From: a virus
Taxonomy: Duplodnaviria; Caudoviricetes
Virus record (IMG/VR): IMGVR_UViG_3300044676_004725
Span: 1 to 44,888 of that record
Direction: 5' to 3' (one strand)
Length of the DNA: 44,888 nt
Positions 37,206-44,888 of the stretch are shown here, one piece after another. Each line of letters opens with the position of its first letter. Position 1 is the first letter of the stretch. Position numbers and translations under genes: made by a program. The notes under the pieces are model-generated. The model saw only the letters and a program-made list of their open reading frames with translations. It ran no database searches and had not been told where the DNA came from.

Positions 37206-39422
37206 ATGGCGACTCCTCAATTATCTCCAGGCGTATTAGTCAGGGAGGTTGACCTTACAGTAGGAAGAGCTGATAATGTATTAGATAATATCGGAGCAAT
37301 TGCGGGTCCATTTGCGATTGGTCCAGTTGACGAAATTGTTGATATCACTACTGAACAGGAACTGATCAACACTTTTGGAAAACCAATTTCCACTGATACT
37401 CAATACGAGTACTGGATGAGTGCTTCAAACTATCTCTCATATGGAGGAGTTCTGAAAGTAGTTAGAACTGCAAACACCACCAGCACCTTAATGGTGAACG
37501 CAAATGCTGGTGTTGGTATTGCATCAACTACAACACTGAAAATTTACAACTACGATGATTATCAAGAAAATCATCTCACAGATAGTTCATTCACATATGC
37601 TGCTAAGAACCCAGGTACTTGGGGCAATGGACTGAAAGTTTGCACCATTGATGACTTTGCAGATCAAACCGTTGGTATTAGTACAACCAGTCTGGTTGGT
37701 GCTGGAGCAACGATTGGATATGGTGTTACTACAACCCTTAACGGAGTTGTAATTCCTGGAGCAGGAACAACCTCCACTTTCAATGGATTCCTGAAAGGAA
37801 TTGTTGTTGGACTTAGAACAGATTCAACTGGTAGTTCTAGTGAAGTTGACATCAAAGTTGTTTCCCGTGTAGAAACAGTTGGTGGTGGTTCAACCGAAAC
37901 TAAGATTAGCTATCAAGAGGGAACATCCTTTGCAGCATTTGGAACTGGTGGAGCAATTCACTTTGTCGATAATGGTGCTAATTTGGTTACTCCAGAATCG
38001 GAAGTCTTCTATACTCCAGCAACCGCGGTTGACTGGTATGATCAGCAAACTCTTGGATTAACAAACGCAACAACTTATTGGAAGTCTCTTGCACCAAGAC
38101 CTGTTTCCAATGTCTATGTCACAGACAGACAAGGTAAGAACGACGGTATCCACGTTGCTGTTGTAGATGATGACGGCACTATCACCGGAATCAAGGGCAA
38201 CATCATTGAAAAGCATGTCAATCTGTCTAAAGCAGGAGATGCAATTTCAAACGTAAATGCTCCTCAGAAAATCTACTACAAGGATTACATCGCAGATTTC
38301 TCAGAGAACATTTATGCAGGATACAATCCTTCTTCTGCAGCAGATGCTTTCCACAACACTGATCCTAGAGCATCAGGATTCTCTACAGGTTACACCGCAG
38401 TAACAACTGCAGATGGTCTCTGGGGTCTGGATGCACAAGGTGTTACCTTCTCGGTTGTTGGTAACAAGACTTATGACTTTGGTGGTGGAGTTGATTACTC
38501 CGCAACAGGTGGAATGAAAGCAAATCTTTCTGACCTGATCACCTCATACAACCTCTTTGAAAACAAAGATGAAGTTCAGGTTGATTTCCTGATCATGGGT
38601 CCTGGTTGTGCAACGAAAGCTGAATCTCAAGCAAAGGCAAATCAACTGATTGCTCTTGCAAATGCTAGAAAGGATTGCATGGCAGTTATTGGATCTCATA
38701 GAGGAGACCTTGTTAACGTTACTAACACAACAACTCAGACTGATAATCTGGTTGACTTCTTCTCACCACTGACATCATCATCTTATGCAACATTTGACAG
38801 TGGTTATAAGTACCAGTACGACAGAATCAACAACAAGTTCCGTTACGTTCCAACTAACGCAGACGTTGCTGGTCTGATGGTTCGTACAAGTCTGGTTGCT
38901 TTCCCATGGTTCTCACCTGCAGGACAGCAACGTGGTGTTATCAATAATGCCGTTAAACTGGCATATAACCCAACCAAGGCACAAAGAGACAAACTGTATC
39001 CAAACAGAATCAACTCCTTTATCACCACACCTGGTATTGGAACACTTCTGTTCGGTGACAAAACTGCTCTCGGATATGCTTCTGCATTCGACAGAATCAA
39101 CGTCCGTCGTCTGTTCCTCACAATCGAACAGGCACTGCAAAGAGCAGCAGAAGCACAACTCTTTGAACTCAATGATGAGTTAACAAGAGCAAACTTCAGA
39201 AACATTGTTGAACCTTATCTCCGTGATATCGAAGCAAAGAGAGGACTCTACGGATTCCTGGTTGTTTGCGACAGCACGAACAATACCCCTGATGTTATTG
39301 ATAATAATGAATTCAGAGCAGACATCTTCCTGAAGCCTGCTAAGTCTATCAACTACGTCACACTCACATTTGTTGCTACCAGAACTGGAATCAGTTTTGA
39401 AGAAGTAGCAGGTAGAGTTTGA
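37206..39422 (+). CDS. gp18: Tail sheath protein gp18
   Basis: Motifs LSPGVLVREVDLT, A.NPG.WGN.LKV, RKDCMA, PWFSPAG..RG, SAFDRINVRRLF and KPAKSINYVTLTFVATRTG. Confidence 0.97.
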   Translation: MATPQLSPGVLVREVDLTVGRADNVLDNIGAIAGPFAIGPVDEIVDITTEQELINTFGKPISTDTQYEYWMSASNYLSYGGVLKVVRTANTTSTLMVNANAGVGIASTTTLKIYNYDDYQENHLTDSSFTYAAKNPGTWGNGLKVCTIDDFADQTVGISTTSLVGAGATIGYGVTTTLNGVVIPGAGTTSTFNGFLKGIVVGLRTDSTGSSSEVDIKVVSRVETVGGGSTETKISYQEGTSFAAFGTGGAIHFVDNGANLVTPESEVFYTPATAVDWYDQQTLGLTNATTYWKSLAPRPVSNVYVTDRQGKNDGIHVAVVDDDGTITGIKGNIIEKHVNLSKAGDAISNVNAPQKIYYKDYIADFSENIYAGYNPSSAADAFHNTDPRASGFSTGYTAVTTADGLWGLDAQGVTFSVVGNKTYDFGGGVDYSATGGMKANLSDLITSYNLFENKDEVQVDFLIMGPGCATKAESQAKANQLIALANARKDCMAVIGSHRGDLVNVTNTTTQTDNLVDFFSPLTSSSYATFDSGYKYQYDRINNKFRYVPTNADVAGLMVRTSLVAFPWFSPAGQQRGVINNAVKLAYNPTKAQRDKLYPNRINSFITTPGIGTLLFGDKTALGYASAFDRINVRRLFLTIEQALQRAAEAQLFELNDELTRANFRNIVEPYLRDIEAKRGLYGFLVVCDSTNNTPDVIDNNEFRADIFLKPAKSINYVTLTFVATRTGISFEEVAGRV

Positions 39423-39430
39423 TAATATTA

Positions 39431-39449
39431 TCTAAATAACAAAAGGAGG
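39431..39449 (+). promoter_or_regulatory. Late promoter variant (TCTAAATA) plus strong SD (AGGAGG) for gp19
   Basis: TCTAAATA at 39431-39438 and AGGAGG at 39444-39449. Confidence 0.7.
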
Positions 39450-39457
39450 ATTAAAAA

Positions 39458-40066
39458 ATGGCTGAACACTCTCTTACAAAGTTTAAATCAAAACTGACAG
39501 GTGGCGGTGCCCGCCCCAATTTGTTTAAAGTTGAGTTTACCAATGCCAACGGTGGACAGGGGGGAGGACTCCCCTCTGGTATCACCAAACTTGATACTGA
39601 TAAATTTGAGTATCTGTGTAAAGCAGCAAACTTGCCTGCCTCTAACGTAGCTTCGATTGACGTTCCTTTCAGAGGACGTACTTTCAAAGTTGCTGGAGAT
39701 CGCACATTTGATACCTGGACCATTACTATCATCAACGACACTGATTTCAAAATCAGACAAACGATGGAAGAATGGTGCCAAAAAGTTGCTAACTATCAAG
39801 AAGCATCTGGTGCAACCAACCCAGCCGACTACATGGGTAATGCAACCGTGATCCAACTGGGAAGAAAGAAATCCAACATTGGTAACGGTGCAACAAATTC
39901 TGAAGGTGAAGGTCTGAAGGGCATTGCTCAATATAAGTTTGTTGATATTTTCCCAATCAACGTTTCTGCAATTGACCTTTCTTATGATACCACTGACACT
40001 ATCGAAGAATTCACAGTTGAGTTCTCGGTTAACTACTGGTATCCAGAAGGAACACCTACAAAATAA
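39458..40066 (+). CDS. gp19: Tail tube protein gp19
   Basis: Motifs GGGARPNLF.V, LCKAA.LPAS, VPFRGR.FKVAGDRTFD.WTIT.IND and FP..VSAIDLSYD....IEEFTVEF. Confidence 0.97.
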   Translation: MAEHSLTKFKSKLTGGGARPNLFKVEFTNANGGQGGGLPSGITKLDTDKFEYLCKAANLPASNVASIDVPFRGRTFKVAGDRTFDTWTITIINDTDFKIRQTMEEWCQKVANYQEASGATNPADYMGNATVIQLGRKKSNIGNGATNSEGEGLKGIAQYKFVDIFPINVSAIDLSYDTTDTIEEFTVEFSVNYWYPEGTPTK

Positions 40067-40085
40067 TCCCGTTGATTTCTGATTG

Positions 40086-40093
40086 AATAAATA
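40086..40093 (+). promoter_or_regulatory. T4-type late promoter (AATAAATA) upstream of gp20
   Basis: Intergenic, about 28 nt before the ATG. Confidence 0.7.
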
Positions 40094-40120
40094 CTCTAAG
40101 GAAACTTAGATTAATAAATC

Positions 40121-41788
40121 ATGTCCAAATTATTTGGGTTCTCGCTAGAGGACACAGAACCACTCTCACCCTCTGCGGTTTCCCCCGTTCCTCCCAACAA
40201 TGAGGACGGGGTTGACCACTATATGAGTAGTGGTTTTTTTGGTTCGTATGTAGACATAGAAGGTGTATATCGCACTGAATTTGATCTCATTAAAAGATAT
40301 CGTGAAATGGCACTTCATCCCGAAGCGGATAGTGCCATTGAAGACATTGTAAATGAAGCAGTTGTTTCAGATTCAAACGACAGTCCAGTAGAAATTGAAC
40401 TGTCAAATCTTAATGCTAGTGATGGTATTAAGACCAAGATTCGCAAAGAATTTAAGTACATCTTAGATTTATTGGACTTTGATAAAAAAGCACATGAGAT
40501 CTACCGCAACTGGTATATTGACGGTAGACTTTATTATCACAAAATCATTGATCTGAAGAATCCTCAGGAAGGTATTCAAGAACTTCGTTACATTGACGCA
40601 ATGAAAATGCGTTATGTAAGGCAGCAAAAGAAAAAACCTGGAGATAAGGGAGCATCTGCTGTCTATAAATTGAAGAGTGATAATCCCATGGATTATGACT
40701 TCCCAGAAATCGAAGAGTATTTCATTTATAATCCAAAGTCAGTTTATCCAACTGGCAATCCCATGCAAACTGGGGCATCACAAGGAATTAAAATTGCAAG
40801 AGATGCAATCACATATTGTACCTCAGGTCTTGTAGATAGAAATAAAGGATCAACTCTTTCATATCTCCATAAAGCAATTAAATCTCTCAATCAACTTAGA
40901 ATGATTGAGGACTCTCTGGTTATCTACCGTTTGTCAAGAGCACCAGAACGTAGAATTTTCTACATTGACGTTGGCAATCTTCCAAAGGTCAAAGCAGAAC
41001 AATATCTGCGTGATGTAATGATGCGTTATCGCAACAAACTCGTCTATGATGCAAATACAGGAGAGATCCGTGATGACAAAAAATACATGGCTATGCTTGA
41101 GGATTTTTGGTTACCACGACGAGAAGGAGGACGTGGTACTGAAATTACTACTCTTCCAGGAGGACAAAATCTTGGAGAGATCACAGACATTGAGTATTTT
41201 AAAAAGAAGTTATACAGATCACTCAACGTCCCGCCGTCTCGCATGGATGGCGAAGGCGGATTTAATCTCGGTCGATCTTCAGAAATCCTCAGAGACGAAC
41301 TGAAGTTCACTAAGTTTGTTTCTCGTTTGAGAAAGAGATTCTCTAACATGTTTAATGACATGTTGAAAACTCAACTTATTCTCAAGAATATCATCACACC
41401 TGAAGATTGGGAGGTTATGAGTGAGCACATTCAATATGACTTCCTTTATGACAACCACTTCTCAGAACTGAAAGAAGCAGAACTTCTGAATGAGAGATTG
41501 TCTCTTGCTGCAACTGCAGAACCATATATCGGTAAGTATTATTCTCAAGATTATGTACGTCGTAAGATTCTGCGTCAAACTGACATGGAAATTCTTGAGC
41601 AAGATAAATTGATTGAAGCAGAGATTGAAGCAGGAATTATTCCAGATCCAAATGCACCTGTTGATCCAGCAACTGGTCAACCTTTAGATTCTGCCGCAGG
41701 AATGGATTTAGGTGCTCCGGTTATGGAACCCGAGATTGATGCATCTGCTGCCGAACCCATGGAATTACCTAAAGGTGGTGAGATATAA
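40121..41788 (+). CDS. gp20: Portal vertex protein gp20
   Basis: Motifs LIKRYREMALHPE.DSAIEDIVNE, YRLSRAPERRIFYIDVGNLPK.KAEQYL and EDFWLPRREGGRGTEITTLPGGQNLG. Confidence 0.98.
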   Translation: MSKLFGFSLEDTEPLSPSAVSPVPPNNEDGVDHYMSSGFFGSYVDIEGVYRTEFDLIKRYREMALHPEADSAIEDIVNEAVVSDSNDSPVEIELSNLNASDGIKTKIRKEFKYILDLLDFDKKAHEIYRNWYIDGRLYYHKIIDLKNPQEGIQELRYIDAMKMRYVRQQKKKPGDKGASAVYKLKSDNPMDYDFPEIEEYFIYNPKSVYPTGNPMQTGASQGIKIARDAITYCTSGLVDRNKGSTLSYLHKAIKSLNQLRMIEDSLVIYRLSRAPERRIFYIDVGNLPKVKAEQYLRDVMMRYRNKLVYDANTGEIRDDKKYMAMLEDFWLPRREGGRGTEITTLPGGQNLGEITDIEYFKKKLYRSLNVPPSRMDGEGGFNLGRSSEILRDELKFTKFVSRLRKRFSNMFNDMLKTQLILKNIITPEDWEVMSEHIQYDFLYDNHFSELKEAELLNERLSLAATAEPYIGKYYSQDYVRRKILRQTDMEILEQDKLIEAEIEAGIIPDPNAPVDPATGQPLDSAAGMDLGAPVMEPEIDASAAEPMELPKGGEI

Positions 41789-41791
41789 ATA
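41784..41791 (+). promoter_or_regulatory. Perfect T4 late promoter TATAAATA overlapping the gp20 stop
   Basis: Exact consensus, about 27 nt before ATG 41818. Confidence 0.75.
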
Positions 41792-41817
41792 CACATAGTC
41801 GTGTACTATACAATTAA

Positions 41818-42012
41818 ATGGATGACCTTTTAGATATGATCATTGCTGATGAATCACCTTCTCAAATTAGTGATGCTATCAAAGATGTTCTCTATGCAAA
41901 GTCTGCAGAAAGAGTTGATGCATTTCGTCCCATAGTAGCAAATTCATTTTTCTCTGGTGAAGATCAGATTGAAGTAGAAGATGATGAAATTGAAACCAGT
42001 GATGGTGTTTGA
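41818..42012 (+). CDS. Small acidic protein, positional equivalent of prohead core protein gp67
   Basis: Directly after gp20 with an acidic C-terminus; the gp67 assignment rests on synteny only. Confidence 0.65.
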   Translation: MDDLLDMIIADESPSQISDAIKDVLYAKSAERVDAFRPIVANSFFSGEDQIEVEDDEIETSDGV

Positions 42013-42013
42013 T

Positions 42014-42021
42014 TATAAATA
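42014..42021 (+). promoter_or_regulatory. Perfect T4 late promoter TATAAATA
   Basis: Exact consensus, intergenic, about 27 nt before ATG 42048. Confidence 0.75.
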
Positions 42022-42047
42022 ACTCATATTAGGAATTTTATAAACAA

Positions 42048-42317
42048 ATGGCTACTAGAGCATTAATATTAGGTGATGAAATTGCAGTTCCAACTGTAGC
42101 TGGATCAGCAACTTCTTTCTCACAGGCAACTGTGGTGAGAGTTGTTAATGTTTCTGGAAGTCCTGGAACTATCGGAGTATGCACCGTTGTTGGTGCAGGA
42201 TCTACATCATTTATTACTATTCCAGATGGAACTGTTGAATATGTTGAAAAGAAAGCAACAGATGTTTGTTATGCCACCGGCACCATTAGAGGTGCAAAAG
42301 TAGGATACACAGGTTAA
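42048..42317 (+). CDS. Small hypothetical beta-rich protein (89 aa), likely virion-associated
   Basis: Has its own late promoter and lies between portal and protease. Confidence 0.7.
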   Translation: MATRALILGDEIAVPTVAGSATSFSQATVVRVVNVSGSPGTIGVCTVVGAGSTSFITIPDGTVEYVEKKATDVCYATGTIRGAKVGYTG

Positions 42318-42321
42318 TCAA

Positions 42322-42972
42322 ATGAAACTCATTAGAGAAGAAATCGAATCAGTAGAGTTTCTTGTCGAACAAAAGAACGGCAAGAAATCAATGTATATTG
42401 AGGGAGTTTTCCTCCAAGGAAACATCAAAAACCGTAATGGTCGTATGTATCCTATGGAGACTCTTCGTAAGGAAGTTTCTCGATATAATGAAAACCATGT
42501 TCAAGCAGGTAGAGCACTTGGAGAACTTGGTCACCCTGATGGTCCTACCGTTAACCTCGATAGAGTTTCGCACAAAATCGTTTCTCTGAAAGAGAGTGGT
42601 TCAAACTTTATTGGTAAAGCAAAACTCCTCAATACCCCAATGGGTAAGATTGCATCTTCTCTGATTGAAGAGGGTGTAAAACTTGGAGTTTCTTCCCGTG
42701 GAATCGGTTCATTAAAAATGACCCGTGAGGGTGTTAACATCGTCGGTGATGATTTTATGTTAGCAACTGCTGCTGATATTGTTGCTGATCCTTCTGCTCC
42801 CGATGCATTTGTTGAGGGAATCATGGAAGGAAAAGAGTGGGTATGGGATGGTGGCATCCTTCGTGAAAAGTATGCAGAAAAAACATACAGACAGATTAAT
42901 ACACTGGTAACTCAAAAACAACTCGATGAGCATAAGTTGAGCTTATTCAACGACTTCTTATCTAATCTTTAA
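42322..42972 (+). CDS. gp21: Prohead core protease gp21
   Basis: Motifs YIEGVFLQ..KNRNGR.YP, ALGELGHP (catalytic His), GVSSRG.GS (catalytic Ser) and DIVADPSAPDAFV. Confidence 0.97.
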   Translation: MKLIREEIESVEFLVEQKNGKKSMYIEGVFLQGNIKNRNGRMYPMETLRKEVSRYNENHVQAGRALGELGHPDGPTVNLDRVSHKIVSLKESGSNFIGKAKLLNTPMGKIASSLIEEGVKLGVSSRGIGSLKMTREGVNIVGDDFMLATAADIVADPSAPDAFVEGIMEGKEWVWDGGILREKYAEKTYRQINTLVTQKQLDEHKLSLFNDFLSNL

Positions 42973-42975
42973 TTT

Positions 42976-42999
42976 TATAAATAAATATAGTTTTAAATA
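42976..42999 (+). promoter_or_regulatory. Stacked late promoters upstream of gp22 (TATAAATA 42976-42983, AATAAATA 42980-42987, TTTAAATA 42992-42999)
   Basis: Three TAAATA cores within 24 nt, followed by a GGAG SD. Confidence 0.75.
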
Positions 43000-43020
43000 A
43001 CGGAAAAACGGAGAGTTCAA

Positions 43021-44115
43021 ATGTCTCGTGGCAAAAAATTACAAGAAATGGAAGTAAAGACACAGCAATCCCGCACCACTGTTAATGCTGGAGCAAAAGC
43101 TGGTGATCCCATGCCTAAAATGGCAGATCCTGGCACCCAGTTAGCAGGTGTTGAGGATCTTGGTGGTCCTACTCCAGAAAACTACAGACCCGATGATGAT
43201 TCAGCAAAGCTGAACACACCTGGTGGTACTCTTAAGCAAGTAAAAGATGTAGTTAATAAAGGTGCAGGTAAAGCAGACCCCATGAAGAAAATGAAGGAAG
43301 AAGAAGAACTCTCTACCGAAGACACCATCGAAGAGGAAGAAGTAACTACCGATGAAGTAGTTGCTGAAGAAGAGACTGCTGCTGAGTATGACATCGAAGA
43401 AGATGTCAATGCTCTCCTCGGTGGTGAAGAACTCTCCGAAGAATTTAAAGAAAAAGCAAAAACTATCTTTGAAGCAGCAATCAATGCCAAGGTTGCTGAA
43501 GTCAAGGAAGATCTGGAAGCACAATATGCTGCTATTCTTGCAGAAGAAATTGAAGCAGCAAAAGAGTCACTCGCAGAGCGTGTAGATTCTTATCTTGAGT
43601 ATGTTGCTGACGAGTGGATTGAAGAAAATGCACTCGCAGTTGAAGCTGGTCTTAAGACCGAAATGACCGAATCATTCCTTGAAGGAATGAAGGGTCTTTT
43701 TGAAGAACATTATGTAACTATCCCTGAAGAAAAATATGATGTACTTGAGAGCATGGTAGAAAAACTTGATGATATGGAGACAAAACTCAATGAGCAAATC
43801 GAGAAGAATATTGCTCTGAACAGCAGACTTGCTGAGTCCGTTGCAGATGGTATTCTCGATGACGTTTCTGAAGGACTCGCGTCCACTCAGAAGGAGAAGC
43901 TCGCCTCACTTTCCGAAAGTGTTGAGTTTGAAAGTGAAGAACAATATCGTGAAAAACTGGAAACACTCAAGGAGTCATACTTTGCCTCCAAGAAAGAGTC
44001 TTCCTCTGCTAAAACTGAAACCCTTTCTGAGGGTGTAGACAATTCGGATGCTGCTTCAGTATCTGATTCTATGGCTACATACCTGAGAACCCTGGGTTCT
44101 TTTGGCAACTCCTGA
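43021..44115 (+). CDS. gp22: Prohead core scaffold protein gp22
   Basis: Glu-rich, with motifs LSEEFKEKAKTIFEAA, VDSYLEYV..EW..EN and GMKGLFEEHYV.IPEEK.DV. Confidence 0.95.
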   Translation: MSRGKKLQEMEVKTQQSRTTVNAGAKAGDPMPKMADPGTQLAGVEDLGGPTPENYRPDDDSAKLNTPGGTLKQVKDVVNKGAGKADPMKKMKEEEELSTEDTIEEEEVTTDEVVAEEETAAEYDIEEDVNALLGGEELSEEFKEKAKTIFEAAINAKVAEVKEDLEAQYAAILAEEIEAAKESLAERVDSYLEYVADEWIEENALAVEAGLKTEMTESFLEGMKGLFEEHYVTIPEEKYDVLESMVEKLDDMETKLNEQIEKNIALNSRLAESVADGILDDVSEGLASTQKEKLASLSESVEFESEEQYREKLETLKESYFASKKESSSAKTETLSEGVDNSDAASVSDSMATYLRTLGSFGNS

Positions 44116-44157
44116 ATTTAATATTAAATCAAACGCAAACATTACCCTTTAAAGCAA

Positions 44158-44888
44158 ATGTTCCAATCCGAACAGTTGCAGGAAAAGTGGGCACCTCTCC
44201 TCAATCATGAGGGTTGCGCTGAGATCCAAGATTCTCATCGTAGAGCTGTAACCGCAGTCCTGCTGGAAAACCAAGAAAAATTCCTCCGTGAGCAATCTGC
44301 CTTCAACGAAGGTGGTATGCTGACTGAGCAACCCACCAACTCTGTTGGTAATGGTGGATACACCTCCTCAGGTGGTCAGACAGTTGCAGGTTTCGACCCT
44401 GTTCTGATCTCCCTGATCCGTCGCTCAATGCCTAACCTGGTCGCATATGACCTCGCAGGTGTTCAGCCAATGTCCGGTCCTACTGGACTCATCTTCGCAA
44501 TGCGTTCTAAGTACAAGGCTCAGGACGGCTCCGAAACCTTCTTCGACGAAGTAGATACCGCATTCTCTGGTCAGCCTGCTGGACTGGATGATGCAAACGG
44601 ATTCTCCGATGCTAATGCTGGTCTGGGTACTACTACACAGGCTGGAACCAACCCTTCAGTTCTGAACCCAACTGGTACTGCAACTTCGACCGCATATAAC
44701 GTCGGTCAGGGTATGCGTACCGACTCTGCTGAAGCACTTGACACTGGTGCTAACGCTTTCAACCAGATGGCCTTCTCGATCGAGAAAGTCACTGTTACTG
44801 CGAAGTCCAGAGCACTCAAAGCTGAGTACTCCTTGGAACTGGCACAGGACCTCAAGGCAATCCACGGTCTGAATGCTGAGGCTGAACT
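44158..44888 (+). CDS. gp23: Major capsid protein gp23 (partial, runs off the window)
   Basis: Translated by hand: MFQSEQLQEKWAPLLNHEG...RRAVTAVLLENQEK...GFDPVLISLIRRSMPNLVAYDLAGVQPMSGPTGLIFAMRS...QMAFSIEKVTVTAKSRALKAEYSLELAQDLKAIHGLNAEAE. Confidence 0.98.
   Translation, partial: MFQSEQLQEKWAPLLNHEGCAEIQDSHRRAVTAVLLENQEKFLREQSAFNEGGMLTEQPTNSVGNGGYTSSGGQTVAGFDPVLISLIRRSMPNLVAYDLAGVQPMSGPTGLIFAMRSKYKAQDGSETFFDEVDTAFSGQPAGLDDANGFSDANAGLGTTTQAGTNPSVLNPTGTATSTAYNVGQGMRTDSAEALDTGANAFNQMAFSIEKVTVTAKSRALKAEYSLELAQDLKAIHGLNAEAE

Noticed and set aside
1199-40066. Bacterial contractile injection system (T6SS/eCIS/tailocin) interpretation of the baseplate, sheath and tube genes
   Set aside because: Portal, terminase, protease, scaffold and major capsid genes are present in T4 order, so this is a true phage.
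35250-41788. Introns, inteins or homing endonucleases in gp17, gp18 or gp20
   Set aside because: The ORFs are continuous and of normal length, with no intein termini or LAGLIDADG/HNH/GIY-YIG motifs seen.
41790-41810. Short inverted repeats after gp20 (TACAC/GTGTA, ATAGT/ACTAT) as a terminator
   Set aside because: The stems are only 5 bp and AT-rich, with no U-tract.
938-44865. Numerous 60-147 aa minus-strand and alternate-frame ORFs (e.g. 39488-39931, 38843-39205, 43182-43505)
   Set aside because: All lie within or substantially overlap well-supported + strand genes, lack recognisable motifs and are expected shadows of biased codon usage.
1-44888. tRNA/rRNA genes, diversity-generating retroelement, invertible fibre cassette, or stop-codon reassignment
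   Set aside because: Intergenic gaps are under about 80 nt with no cloverleaf seen. No reverse transcriptase, recombinase or long near-identical DNA repeats were noticed, and the standard code gives full-length genes.

Overview
This 44.9 kb window is AT-rich, densely coding and entirely + strand. It is the late/structural module of a T4-like myovirus, and gene order and protein families match marine cyanophages (Kyanoviridae-type). Order: 3' end of a glycosyltransferase-like gene, three small hypotheticals, baseplate gp25-gp6-gp7 (4040 aa)-gp8, a 2520 aa VrlC/DUF4815-like virion protein, three small genes and neck/tail-terminator gp13-gp14-gp15. Then come small terminase gp16, a 5.7 kb variable insert, large terminase gp17, a zinc-ribbon ORF, sheath gp18, tube gp19, portal gp20, two small genes, prohead protease gp21, scaffold gp22 and the 5' part of major capsid gp23. 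T4 late-promoter boxes (NNTAAATA) precede most genes. The most interesting region is the gp16-gp17 insert. It holds two small ORFs whose N-termini resemble the T4 capsid-targeting sequence. They flank a 684 aa protein of about 11 small modules joined by hydrophobic-X-Glu linkers, which suggests a prohead-protease-processed polyprotein of capsid-internal cargo. A G-[IVL]-[GAST]-T motif also recurs across many unrelated outer virion proteins. All family assignments come from motif recognition and synteny; no database search was run.
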